In this document: in pieces, positions 11,048-25,037 of the stretch
Layout of the letters: each line of letters opens with the position of its first letter
Position numbering within the stretch: position 1 is the stretch's first letter
NCBI RefSeq assembly: GCF_009914755.1
Contig: NC_060933.1
DNA: 64,000 bases
Source: the human T2T-CHM13v2.0 reference genome, Homo sapiens
Reading direction: 5' to 3' (one strand)
Translations under genes and position numbers: made by a program
The notes under the pieces: generated by a model
Databases searched by the model: none
Seen by the model: the letters and a program-made list of their open reading frames with translations, nothing else
Told to the model about the DNA's origin: nothing

Positions 11048-14000
11048 CTAGGGAAATAAGACACAATAAACACAGACAAATCACATAATTTGCCAAAATT
11101 TCTACAAGACACTGCAAATGCAACATACAGAAATACTTAGAAGTTCTTCATCAAGTCTTATGATAGAGTAAACTGCTATAATTCAGAAGGTGGTAATCTG
11201 CCTTTGAAAACGCTCAGAAACACTGTAAATAGCTGAACATCACTAAGGATCTCAGACAATATCCATTTCTTCAAATATTCAAGCACACGTAGAGACATAC
11301 TAATTTTCCCTGTATTGATTCCAATTTTGAAAATAGACACCACTTCAAGGAGTTCAAATAATCCCGTTAACTGGTCATAAATATCAGAAATATGATTGCC
11401 ACAGAACAAAATATGTTACCAAGCCTGGTAGCATGGTAAACAGTATGTCTTTAGTGTTGGCTTATTATAACATATGAACAGCAGGCTGCCTGGTATGAGT
11501 GTTTATATTAAAGTTACATTCCTTTTTATAGAATTTTAATTTATCTCAAATTACCACTAGATAATAACAATATTGTCTACTGCGACAGATTCTGAAAGCA
11601 GAAAAGACAAAATTCAGTCGTTTCTTCCCCAAATGAAAATAAACTGACAAGACATTGGCAAAGAGTTTACATGTAATGAAAAGGAATCATTTATTACAAC
11701 CATTTTAATTTTTCTACCTCAAAACTGTGTTTATTCATTATTCTGGAAGGCACACTGCAATGATAGTTGGTAACACAATACTTTTTCAGTCTATGTTCAC
11801 ATTCTAAAGTTTTATGTTATCCTGTGTACATTACAAAAAAATCTTTAAAGCACTGAATGTACAAGAAAATTTTAGAAAATTGAATCCAAGTCTATATTAT
11901 TGAATTTTAACATTAACAAAATTAAATCTTTTGTTCATTTATTTATTTATAAAAGCAGAACTGAAATAGACTTAAATAACTTTCTCAAAGTCACATATTG
12001 TCTCCATGCCTGAGTCTGGTTTCCAATTCACATTTCCTGATTACTCCAGACCAATGTTTCACAAAAGCAGTAAATATTTCACATTACTTGTGTCAACAAA
12101 AATTTTCATGCCATATGTAAGACAGGTGTAATAAAGAGCTGACATTTAACTTGCAATTCAAGTTATTATAAATTATAGAAGCCAAAGAATTCATTTATTG
12201 AGCACCAACCATGAGCCAAGTAATGTGCCAGGCATCTAGTGATGCAAAAATGAATGTGATCTCATCCTTGTCCTCTAGGAATTTCCAATGAAATGCTAAA
12301 AATAATATGGACATTTAAATAAATAAAAAATTTCTCCATTTTACTTACATATTTTAAGATTTGCAATCAAACTTAGAACCTGAATTTTCAGACTTTTAAT
12401 TTAAAAATTCATTAAAAATATTTTCAGAATTACTGACTTTAGTCATGACAACTGAATTTCCAAAAACCATTTTAATGTCAAATATTCCTACATGATGTTT
12501 ATGTAATTAAACTTATGTCATTAAACCCATATTGATAGTTGGCTTTGAAAACATAGCCACCAAATCTACAAGACAAACCAGAGTACTTTTAAAAATAAAA
12601 TTCAGATTTTGATCAGAAAGACTTGAAGTCCTTCACAGGACACATATACGAATGAATATGCACATTTAAACATGCATAATACCTCTTAACATATACAAGG
12701 CTGACCTATAGAAGTTTAAAAAGATTACACAAAATAAACATTTGTTTTTACAATGACATAAAAGTATTACAGGCCAAAATAATTCTTTTGTTATGAATCA
12801 TCTATAACTTGATTGTCAGTAAACAAGTTTTCCAGGGGCGCTTAAACATGATTTCTGAGTATTCTAAGTGACACACAGAATAGGTTTGCTACACATATTC
12901 ATTTAGTATAAAAGAGATAAGGCAGTCTGATTGGGAAATTAAGTTACTGAGGTTCAAATTAGTATTTTGCCTACAACAGGGGGACAGCATGTCTCTTTAG
13001 TGTTTTTTTTTTAAGACTTTATTAGTTTTAAGTATAGCTGAGGGAGACTACACATAAAATGCAGCAATAAAATCCTGATTCATATATTTTATCCACATGC
13101 TTTGGTAAAATGATTGAGATTGGGAAGCACTTGAGTGATGTTATGGCAGCCCTAGTGAGCTGTATTGTACAACAGTGCTGGTTCTTGTTTTGTGTACATA
13201 TACTAGACAGAGCAAGGGTTGACCACCTTCTAGTGGCAGTCTTAATATATTAAAGAAGGGCATATAGGTTCCTGATATCAAGGACTATAAAGAAGACACG
13301 AAAGAAAAAAATTCTGGAAAGGCAGACATAAAAAATGTAAATACTTTTTGAAACAGAGTAGTATTTTTCAACTAAACTAATGAAGTTTCCACATCCACAA
13401 GCATGGAACACACAATATGTGTAAGTTAAAAATGCCAAAGATATGTTTGTAAGTACATCTACATATCCTCATAAAATAATGCATATTGTCAAAGGTATAA
13501 TAGCATGATTTGTTCTGAGTAAAGAACTCAATATTGCTTCCTTTGCTAATGAACAGAAGACATATCATATAGAAAAATCTTAATTTAAAGGGCATTTTTT
13601 TAAAGAAATGGAATTAGTCAATCTTATAATATGAACTTTACAACCAAAAGTATACAAATAATAAAAACAGATCTGATGTAATTTTAGTCTGATAAAAGCA
13701 AATTAAAAAAATTTTAATTAACCAGAAACAAATAAAACATTTAAAAAACTGCCCTACTTGTGTACTAGTCTTCTTGCAACATTAAATTACTTAAAAATAA
13801 GACAAACATGTAAAAATGAGAGCTTACTTATTTTTCATGATCATAGGAATTATCTTGTAGATTAAAATTTTTACTACAAAATTTGAAAAAGAAAATCCAA
13901 TAATAGAATATTTGAAGGATACTGTAAATTACCTTTTATAAAAGTAAAAGCTAGTACAAATATTAAAGTTTAATATAAAATATTTTGAGTCCAATGGTAT

Positions 14001-15052
14001 ATTTACATTTTTATATATATATATGGGTTAATCAGACCACTCTTCATAAAGAAAACTTTTCATAGAAATAGTGAGATAATTACAGCAAACGTTGGCACAA
14101 ACTACTTAGAAGCCTAAATGATATTACTTATATCCCAATTGAATAATTTACAAGAAGTGAAGCTTTTACTCGATTGGCTATGCAGGCCACTGAAATGGCT
14201 AGGTAAGTCAAAAAATCTGCACCGTTTTATAAACTGATTGTTCTTCTTATATAGTTTATATTCTTAAACTGAAGAAATTCTGTTTAAATTCTTCATTTCT
14301 AAACTAGTTCAAAAAATCAGTTTGTTTATATGTATATATGCATATACATATATATTTATATAAATCACTAGTTAGTTTGAAAAATGGTACAAGAACAGGT
14401 ATTTTGATGACTATCACTTTGACACTAGCAAAGCTACGTTTTGTTCCCTACCCGTTGTATGCAGAAGGAGGAACTGTATTCCTTGCCAGATGCCTGGAGA
14501 GCAGGTTGAGAGAGAATAAGGAAGTCAAGTGGAGGTAAAAGCCCTGAAAGGATGGAGATGGCTTTGCTGTAGCCCTGCAGGTCCCAGCTAGGAAGACTGC
14601 CAAAAACTAACCCACCTCGGGCTAGATCGCCTAGAAATTCACTGTATTAACAGAAATTGATTTAAAAGGATCCACCAGACAAGACTTTGAGATGTGGCTG
14701 GGGATTATAATCTCCATCCTATACGCCAGTATTTAACTTTTACGTTTTGACACAGTGATGGAATTATAAATCAGACATTTGTGTCTAAAACATAGTATTA
14801 GGAAGCATTACTTTGACTGTAAGAGAAACTTGGCAGTTAAGTTTTTGTGTAAGTTTAAGTGCAACCTAAAGGCACAGGCTCCATGAGCTACCCAAGGGAA
14901 GTTAATGCCTGTTAAATATCGTTTTCTTGGGTTTTGTCTTTAATACAATGTATTTGGACATTAGTATTCCCCAATCTTAACATTCAATAATTTAGAACGA
15001 AACAATTATTATATCTTTTGCTCTTTTATAAAATGTCTTGTAAAATGTATGC

Positions 15053-15116
15053 TGACTTCAAAAGCCCATAAAATACCATAGGAATGATTTCAAAAGCCCA
15101 TAAAATAACATAGGAA
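15053..15116. repeat. 32-bp tandem duplication (2 mismatches)
   Basis: tgacttcaaaagcccataaaataccataggaa / tgatttcaaaagcccataaaataacataggaa. Confidence 0.92.
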
Positions 15117-16264
15117 CTTTTAACCTTTATCTTTAAAACTTGATTACTCTACTTATGAACTAATATACACTCATTTAATGGTGGAAACGAAGATAATTGC
15201 ATCTTTCAACCTTTGCATTTAATCTGTATTAATCAAGATAGACTAAAGATGAATGGTTCCTGTTTTTCCCAAAGGGAAATCCTGATTGACAAATAAAAAG
15301 AAATAAATATTGCATTGCCCAATTAACATCTAAATGTAACATTTGTCATTTTTTCCCAGATGGATTATTACCCATCAGGATTCATTTTAAGTTCAGTTTA
15401 CTAACGATATGCATTTTGACAGGCCTTATTTCTGTAATAACTTATATTTACAATACAGCAAAGTCAAGGAAAAGTGAGTAAAAAACAAGGTTTTGCTTTG
15501 AGCTAAATGTATTTTGGTAGCTAAAACCAGCAAACAACAGGAAATAATTATTTGCTAGATTGTGAGAAGTACATAAAATAGACGGCTAGAGCTTTTCATA
15601 AACTTTAAATGGAATTTTAAAGAAATGTACAACCTTAAATTTCATGCGATTATTGGGAACAATTAACAACATTTCTGAATTCAAATTTACAATGTAAAAT
15701 AAGTAGTTTGTAAATAAGTGAACACACCACAACCATTAAATACTAATTCATATTAATTAACACCAAGAAAAAGTATAAAATAATCTTGTCTGCAATGAAA
15801 AGAATTAAATATTTTAATTTCATTTAGGCAGACTATACATCTCATACTGTAGCATCTTCATATATAAAAAAATTAGAAACAAAAATATTTAAATAAAAAA
15901 TTATTAGACTAATAGAATTCTGTAAAACCAAATCTAAAGTACCATTCTAAAATACCAGGAGAAAAACAAAGTCACTCTTGGCAAGATCTTTTTAAAAGAT
16001 GAGATTGTTTAGAGGAAAAAAAGAGTTATTTACTCTTAAACTGAAGGCTGCATATAGAGAAATAATTGAGTGACCATACATTCTTTACTCAGATGGTATA
16101 CCAGAAGAAGACCACCCTTTACCAACGATGTTCACATATATATCTACTTGAAGCAAACTTGAAAAGAAACAATACAATAAATGTACACATGATTGGCAAA
16201 GGCATCCTAGAATTCCTAAATAATGAAGGTAACATAAGGCCTGATCCCTTCTATTGTTTCTTTT

Positions 16265-16375
16265 TATTCATTCAGCAAATATTTAGTGAGTATCTACTAT
16301 GTACCAGGCACTGTTCTAGGCACTAGGGATGCACTGGTGAACAAAACATACAAAAATCCTTACTTTCTTGGAACT
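16265..16375 (-). mobile_element. L2 3' end fragment
   Basis: attcattcagcaaatatttagtgagtatctactatgtaccaggcactgttctaggcactagggatgca. Confidence 0.75.
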
Positions 16376-19334
16376 ACCACTTGCAATAAATACTTACTAA
16401 ATGCCTATTAGAGATGCTGGTACTAAAATAACTCCCACCATGTTAATTCTCTTAAGAATATGTTGAAAATGGGGTAGAAAATTCAATACCTCACCCCATC
16501 TTCTAAAGTGTGGAAAGGTGTAAAGCAAAGCAATCAAGTTGGATTCTGCTGAGGGGATTATTTATCTTATTTAGTCCTAATAAGAGTTTTTAAAATTACT
16601 GTGAATAAGCAAATACAGAAACAGAAAATAGGAAGTCTTTGCTTATCCATATTCCAAAATAGAATGAGAATAGACTTTTCACCCAAAAGTCATGATTAAC
16701 ACCTCTCCTTAGAAACAGGTAAAATACGGGATGCAAATTATTATCAATAATTTCTCCCAATGTTTTTACATAATAAAATTGATCCTTTGGAGACAGTGAT
16801 AAATCAGGGAACTAATCATCATAAAGCGGAATTCATGTTCACCTTAAAGAATCCCACAAACCTCAAATAATTCTATATTATGCCCCATATAGTGAGAAAT
16901 AAAGGTAACATAGTTTACTAACATTTAAAATATTAACAACAATTTTTTTAAAAAACTCCATCTCTCCACTGAAAAAATTCTACACAACATAAAAACACCA
17001 GTTAAATTCACAGAATGTAAAATACTTTTAGCAAATAGTTATCAACCAGAATGCATGCACTAGCAAATTCCAGTTGTTTTTGATAAATCTCAGAAACATT
17101 AAAAGCATCATCAACTTTCCAGGGAGGAAAAAGACAACAGGATCTTTTTCTGTGTTTAGGAAGAAACTAACCTCACTGATCAGTCAGTAGAAGCACTGAT
17201 CCTTTCTCCACTGTTTATAAACCATCCGTAGAATCATTTTTGTTTCTAAATATTTGACTATAAATATATTTTTGAATGAACTTCACTGTGCCTCAAGGTG
17301 TAATAAAAATGAATCAGGATAGTTGGAGAAAGATTACCACTGCACAATCAACATTTGCGCCCACTCTTTCCACATACTGAAGTGTCTCTGGGAGTTGTTA
17401 GCAGTATGGAAGATCAGACATATTATGTAATAAAAAAAATGAAGCCATGAAGTAATAAATATTTGTCATTGTTTATGCAGCTTAATTCAAACATTTATTA
17501 ATCTTAAACATTCTTTCATGAATTCTATAAAGAAAAATAATTGTTAAAAATCTCTAACAGTTGAAAAGCTTCAAACAAATCAACAAATACATTTTTAAAA
17601 TATATAAGAAACATGTTCTTATACTTCCATTATTGTTCATAAAAATACTAAGATGAATAACTGAAGTTAAATTTAAAATTAAACATATAACATATTTTAC
17701 TAAGTTATTCATGTCAAGTAAAAATGAACCCTGAGTTGAATATGAAAGCACAACTTGGAAGTCTGAAAGCTGAAACAGGTAACTGGAAACTTCAGGTTTT
17801 TTTTTTTCTTATGTCCTTGCACATTTGTGACTAAAAGGAAGAACAATTTCACTTCCCATTTTCAAAGCATAAATATAAGTTAATCATCACCCCCCGGACA
17901 CACACAGCCTAGTAGTATACAGGAAATCAGCCTTTAATGCAATCACAGATACATGCCAACATAGCAGGAATATACTTACGAAACATAAAAGAGTGACATA
18001 CTAAATACCAATTTTCAGAAATGAAAAAACTTATATTTCTTAAACTCTTTCAAAAGGAAGGGCCAGAATATATACTATCATGTTTAAGTTTGTATGTATA
18101 ATTTGTCACCAAATTTATAGGCATTCTCCAAGTTGGCTAACCTGGTTTTGTTTTCCATGATACTTTCCTTTGAAAAAAGAAACAAGACAAAATACCCCAT
18201 CTAAAAACAAAGTGTAAGAACATAAGGAGGTAATTAGTGCTATTTTAAGATATAAAATTAAAATTTTTCAAAGATCAAATACTTAAAAAAAACACAGTTA
18301 AAACATTTTCTATGAGTAAAAGTTTTAGGTTTATTGAAAAAAATGGTCTTATTTGGGTGATCCAATATCGAGCTTTTCAGTTATAAAATATGAAAAAGAA
18401 ATAAGAAGTCATAATACTTTATCCCTAAATTTAAGAACAAATTGTCAGTTGTGGGAGAAAATTCTAAACTAAAATGTCACTAATGTTAAGTTAGCAGAAG
18501 ATATATCTAAAATGAATTTACACCATGGGTCTATTTACTTTTTTCCATATATTCAGAAATCATCTTAACAAAACAAATTTTTATTCAGCATTTTCATTGG
18601 TTTCCCACATGAGAACAGCTGATAAAAATGTTTATAATTTCACAAAACTATCATCACCCTTCTTACACTTACCAGTGTCATAGTGATATCTGCATCTGAT
18701 AACAGGAAACAGCTTCAGGGCATAGTAATGGTAGTTTTATCTCAATTATTAGCAATTTATGGCTTGTAGACAGTCTCACTTTTTCTTTTGGTTCACTTTT
18801 ACTTCTCTTTAGGTCTTAGGACCTGAATTCAACTATGGGGTTGTTTACTGCCCACCTTACATAGTCTTACTGGTAAACAAATCATTTTCAAACAGTTTAT
18901 CATTGGATTTCACATTAATCATCCTTTTTCTACTTAAAGAACATTACTGGTCACGCAAGTAGACATGGCTGTTTGACAGAGATGCAGATTACAAGTATTT
19001 GCTTCATAGTAAATAAATATCAAACTGGAACATTTTAAATATTGAAAATCACTATTATTACTTTGTACAAATACATGGCAACTTGTTACTAACTCGAAAA
19101 TATTATATCTGTACCCAAAGAGTACAGAAACCTAATAAATTATACTGGAGACTCTATTTTTTGGATATTTCACTGTACAAAATAGCCATTAAATGACACA
19201 GAGATCATAAGGGGCTGAGAAGGGAAGGTTAAGAAGCAAAATAAATAAGTAAATAAATAAAACAAGCATTTAGAGGCAAGCAACACATGCAGAACAAGCA
19301 AGAGATTAGTGTACATGAAGAAGAGGCAACTTAC

Positions 19335-19409
19335 ATGGCTGTTGAGAAGAGAGCTTCTGTGAGTGGACAGACCGTCAGACTTTTGCAGCGTCTCAATCGC
19401 CATTTCAAT
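19335..19409 (-). CDS. RFX3: RFX3 coding exon, 75 nt, symmetric phase 0-0: IEMAIETLQKSDGLSTHRSSLLNSH
   Basis: Acceptor ctattatcag|ATTGAA; donor AGCCAT|gtaagt; lies within ORF 19170..19442. Confidence 0.95.
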
Positions 19410-22276
19410 CTGATAATAGATGTCATTAAAAAAAGGGCTCAAGACAAGATAGTAATAAAAGGCTGACCAGAGAATTTCTGATAGATTCTTTAAAGTCCAA
19501 CTTCTTCCTCAACGGTCGTTAATGAACAGTTGCCACTTAATGTGTTTTCTCCCCTTCTTCCCCACCCTCCAGAGAACAAAATAAAAATATGCACACTAAT
19601 AATAAGCCCATTCACAAAGTAAACCTTTTTTGAACATTCCATAATTATAATCAGAATGGAGACCTGAAGAGCAGGGACCCTGGTGGATTTTTCTTCTTAT
19701 GAATAAACATTCTTGACTTTCATAGTTCAGGATATGGGATAGTAACTATTCTCTTTCTAAATCGTCTCCCACCTAAAGAGTATTTAATATTAGTGCTATT
19801 CTCTCACGAAAGGAAAATCATACCGCAGATTTTGAGTTTAATATGCATTAATATTTTAATGCAAATGAACAAAGATTCTTTCATTAATGTCCAAAAGTTA
19901 CTAAATCCATACATCCCTCCATTAATCCTGTATTAAAATATGGAAGTAGGGGGTCATCAGTATGAACAAATATGAAGAAGTAAAATGATGGTCCCTACAT
20001 TATATTTTACGATGTGGTGTTAAGGCAGAAATATTAGAAATGACAGCAGAAATGGAATGAAGAAGAGAAAATAATTCAGAGACAACAAAGAGAAGGGACA
20101 ATCACAGAAACAGCTCTAATCTGTGAAATCTCAGCATACCATGTACGATTATTAATTAAGTACCAGGTGTTAGTGATAAATGTGATACACTCTTAATAAC
20201 CTCATATTTAAAGTTATCTATCTTTCAACTCCTGGTAGTATTGCATGTTGCATTAAAAACAGGTACTGAACACCATGTATTTGGATACTGAGCTATATTA
20301 ACAATATTAGCTAAATTCAAAAGAAAAAAATCACACCATGCAATTTAAGAGAGAAAATTGATTTCATTATTCTTAACAGTCTGATTACATCAACAATTCA
20401 GTATAAGCAGTTATAAAAATATTTAGAGCTTTAAAACATATTTAACTTTCTTATACTTTGACTATGGAAATTGATAATGCCTTCAAATTTTAACATACTG
20501 CCCCCTCCCAAAGAAAAATAATGCAGTAATATCTATAGCAAAGTCTTAATTTTCTCCCAAGTTTCCAATTTCTTTATGGTAAAACACTTTATACACAAAA
20601 TACTCAGTATCAATTATACCAACATTAAATCTAATTTTCTTCTAAACAACTTAGAAGTTAATAGCTTTAATTTTATTTTACATTATTTTCCCACGTTGCT
20701 AATTCTTCCCTGGAGTTAATAAAACATAATACTGAAAAGAGTATGTTAGGTTAAGAAATCATAAAAAAATTCTTAAAATAGATATTAAATTAATTCATAG
20801 GAAGATGTAATACAATTTATCCTACTGTTAACTTTTTTTAGACAACAAAATTAAGTAAACTTCTTAATCATTCTCTTCTAAGAAACACAGGCTTCTAGAA
20901 ACATAGGCTTCTACAACATTCTCTCTGCCAGAATGGATGTTAATGCAGTTTACCACTATACTTGAAAATAGTGATACTGCACAAATGAAAAGAGATATAT
21001 TACAGAAAGAGTAATGTAAATGTAATGAATGAACAAACATTTTACCAAAATGTTAAACTGTGAAACTATAAAGGACTTTGGTATAACATCTCTTAAAACA
21101 TGATCAATAAGTGCTTTTTTTTCAAAGAGAAAACAGAGCAGAAAACAAGTCAAAGGATTCATATGACTACAATTCACTTATAGGAAGAATTTGCTCAAAA
21201 CCCTAATTTGCCATTATACCTATATTTTCTTTAAAGTTTGAGTGCAGAGAATTTGAGGTAAGATTTCAGTCTAGTAAATATAAATAAAATGATCTGTAAC
21301 TTTTGATATTATAATTTTTAATGAAAGGTAAATTACCAGATACATAATTGCTGAGCAACACTAAAGGAGAAGTCCATGCTCTCAGTTTGTTAATAAGCAC
21401 TTTTCAGTTGGATAAACCAGCACTTCTTTTTCTGGGAAAAAAAAAAAAGTCAGAGATCTGCTTCTGTTATTGAAGCTGTTATTTTATAGTGGTCCTAGAT
21501 TTCCAGATGATTCCCTAGAAGGCCAGGCTTTTAGGAAATGGCCTTCTCATTTCTGGACAGTTTTTTAAGAGCTTTGGAAAGGTGCAAGGAAATATGTGGG
21601 TGAAAATGGATTCCCCAGGAACAGATACACTGACATTCTAGAATGCCTTGGACCTTCAGAATTTCGGTTCTTCTTTGTGTCACTTTGTAACACAGATAAC
21701 AAAAGGGGTATTTCTTTTGGCTTTAGGAATCTTCTGCCTAACTGACTTAGGCCTGTGCCGAATTTGTGTAGCCCGGGGAATGGAAAGGAAGAAATATGGA
21801 ATGATAGGACAAGCAAGAAATAAAGACTGAGTTCTTCTACAAGGAAGACACCAGCCTCAGCATGCATGTTGGAACCTACTTGGAAACCCACGGGCTTCCA
21901 AATACTAAATACTCATGAAATCTTTAAGGCTTATTAATTAGTCCAATGGGATAACCAGGCCATTTAGTTACCACCTCACTGATAAGAACTTCCGAGAAGC
22001 ATACAAAAAATTAACATGTATTTATTATATTCATTTTAAAAATTTATTGAAGGGAATTCCAATCTCATGAAAGGATCATAGCCCTGATTACATTTTTTAA
22101 AAAACAGTTTCTTTTCTTTTTTAAGTACATAGTAACTGTGTGACTGTCATATATAAGGTTGTGTGCAAAAGATCATGATTACAAAAATTTTTCATAATCC
22201 AATAGACATTACAATCCAGTAAGAGAGACAGGGTATACACATGGTCATATATATGAATAAATGCATAATTACCAAA

Positions 22277-22633
22277 TTATATGTCTCTGTCCCCACCCAA
22301 ATCTCATCTTGAATTGTAGCTCCCACAATTCTAACATGTTGTGGGAGGGAGCCAGTGGGAGGTAACTGAATCATGGGGGTGGTTTCCCCAATACTGTTCT
22401 TGTGGTAGTGAGTAAGTCTCACGAGATCTGATGGCTTTATAAAGGGTTTCCCCTTTTGCTTGGCTCTCATTCTCTCTTGCCTGCTGCCATGTAAGATGAG
22501 TCTTTTGCCTTCTGCCATGATTGTGAGGTCTCCCCAGACACATGGAACTGTGAGTCCATTAAACCTCTTTTTCTTTATAAATTACCCAGTCTCAGATATG
22601 TCTTTATCAGCAGCATGAGAACGGACTAATATG
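22277..22633 (+). mobile_element. THE1 (ERVL-MaLR) solo LTR, THE1B/C-like
   Basis: tgtccccacccaaatctcatcttgaattgtagctccc ... cagcagcatgagaacggactaat; 5-bp TSD ccaaa at 22272-22276 and 22634-22638. Confidence 0.92.
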
Positions 22634-24349
22634 CCAAACAAGACTACTTGTAACAAAAATACAAGCATAGTTCAGAAAGGTGGAAGAAAATAAGAGTAGT
22701 AGTCTTTAACTTTTGAGGAGTCTTTAACCCTTTTGAGGATGTAATGAAAACTGTGAACTCTCTACTTGGAAAAAATATATATAAGAACACCTACAAAATT
22801 CACATTTATTTTCTTAGTTTACAGACTCTCTGAATTCAAAACCCATGTATTAAAAGATGGAAGTGTTCAGGGGGTAAAAGGGAAATCTAGGAAGAATCGA
22901 CTTAATAGAGCCAGGAGGCAAGAAAGCACAGGCTGTGTCCATATTTGGGAAATGGCAAGAAACCTAGTTTGTAGGGCATGAGCTATAAATATACATTTCA
23001 TGTATATATGGGAGTGGTATGAGTGAGGCTGAAAAAATAGGTTGGAAGTAGATAATGTATGCGGGAATCAGGGAAAAAGCAATGTCATTAAGGTTTTGAG
23101 GAAAGTGTAGGGATGTATGAAAAATGCTAATTTTCAGATAAAGCCAGGAGAAGGGTTTTGCTAGGTATAATGGGGCCATGCTAGTAGTAAGGTTAAAATA
23201 GGTGAAAGCAAAGTGTGCCCAATAAATGCTTGTGGATTGAATAGAAGCTCTGGGACAACAGTAAAGGAAGACACTATCATTCATAGGAATATATCATGAC
23301 AACGGTGGGAAAGTGAGGGTGAGGAAGAGGCAAGAGGAATAATGCAGAAATGGGGAAGAAGAGTAATAATGAGCCTTTGAAATTACAAAGATATGAAGGA
23401 TTAACTAGTTGCATGATTCCAAATGGATTACTAATGTCACTCCTACGAATTAGCCCATGATTTGGGTTTATCATAGTTTCAAGGGGGTAGTTTTATGCAT
23501 ATGGGGAGAGGTTGGGTAGAGGGACAGAGGAATAGTGTGCAAATTAGCTAGATAAAATGTTAGTGAATTAGGATAAGTTTCTACCAGTCTCATCAAAGAT
23601 TAAATTGATTTGTTAAATTTTCCATTATTGTAGGTTAGATATTTAAGTAAATATTTGTTCAACCTTCTGAGAGTTTACCAATCTCAAGAAAAAAATGGCA
23701 CACATCAGCATTTGACACCTAAAACACTAATCCCAAAGTGAACTGGTAAGATCACATGCTTCCAGTTTATTGTGGATCACTTAAAAAGTTAAGTTCATTC
23801 ATTAGGAAAAATTTATAAATTCTGCTAGGTAGAAATATACGTAACACTAAATGATGTTTTACCACAATACTCATGACTGTCATATTTAAGGTAGGAAATG
23901 ATGATCAGTTAACACCGATGGAAAATTTGCTTAAAAGTAGGCTCATTGATCCAAAAGATTACTGGCCCAAGTGTTCAATGTGATATTCTCATATATCATC
24001 TGAGGAAATGCTCCTAACCTCAACAAAGATATTATATCCCCATAGCTTCATGCAACAAAAATGATTAGGTTACGAGTCAGCTAGAATTTAAAACTGATTC
24101 AAATTCAAGATTTTTTTTAAGTATAAGAATAAAATCAACACTATTCCTCTCCCAGTGCAACTATGGTGTGTGCTGCTGATAGTGGGAAATTCGTTAAACT
24201 AGCAGAGTTTCATAAATATGTAAGTGATTAAAGGCAAACTGAATGAATTAAATAATTGAATATTACTGGAAGGAAGGGAAATTACTTCTTGCTGTTACAG
24301 TTTGACAGAGCATGGGTAAGGCAGTTCTTTAGTAGAAAATTGACAAATA

Positions 24350-24555
24350 TGACACAGGAAGGGGAACATCACACACCGGGGACTGTTGTGGGGTGGGGGG
24401 AGGGGGGAGGGATACCATTAGGAGACATACCTAATGCTAAATGACGAATTAATGGGTGCAGCACACCAACATGGCACATGTATACATATGTAACAAACCT
24501 GCAGGTTGTGCACATGTACCCTAAAACTTAAAGTATAATAATAATTAAAAAAAAA
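24350..24555 (+). mobile_element. Extremely 5'-truncated young L1 (L1PA3/PA4-like), 3'UTR only, ~205 bp
   Basis: gacacaggaaggggaacatcac...ccctaaaacttaaagtataataat plus A tail; perfect 16-bp TSD agaaaattgacaaata at 24334-24349 and 24556-24571. Confidence 0.95.
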
Positions 24556-24668
24556 AGAAAATTGACAAATAATACCTGGCATTCTGATAAGGGCAGGTTA
24601 GTGAACATTTTAGGCAAAGCAAACAAGATAAGATTGCACAATGTAGGTTCAAGGAAGGGTAAGATTGG

Positions 24669-25037
24669 TAATATGGTTTGGGTCTGTGTCCCCACACAAA
24701 TCTAATCTTGTAGTTCCCATAATTCCCATGTGTTGTGGGAGGGACCTGGTGGGAGATGACTGCATAATGGGGGCGGGTCTTTCCTGTGCTGTTTTCCTGA
24801 TAATGAATCGATCTCATGAGATTTCATGGTTTTAAAAACGGGAGTTTCTCTGCCCAAGCTCTCTTTTTGCCTGCCACCATCCACATAAGATGTGACTTGC
24901 TCCTTCTTGCCTTCTGCCATGACTGTGAGGCTTCCCCAGCCACGATGAACTGTGAGCTATACATTAAACCGCTTTCCTTTGTAAATTGCCCAGTCTCGTG
25001 TATGTCTTTTTCAGCAGCATGAAAATGAACTAATACA
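24669..25037 (+). mobile_element. THE1 (ERVL-MaLR) solo LTR, THE1A-like
   Basis: taatatggtttgg ... aaaaacgggagtttctctgc ... gaactaataca; 5-bp TSD attgg at 24664-24668 and 25038-25042. Confidence 0.92.

Noticed and set aside
20881-22738. Small tandem duplications (16 bp at 20881-20912; 18-20 bp at 22701-22738)
   Set aside because: Ordinary slippage products with no further signal.
22277-25037. Two same-orientation THE1 LTRs ~2 kb apart, resembling a full-length THE1 provirus
   Set aside because: Each LTR has its own distinct 5-bp TSD (ccaaa; attgg), they look like different subfamilies, and the interval is L2-like/unique sequence rather than THE1-internal.
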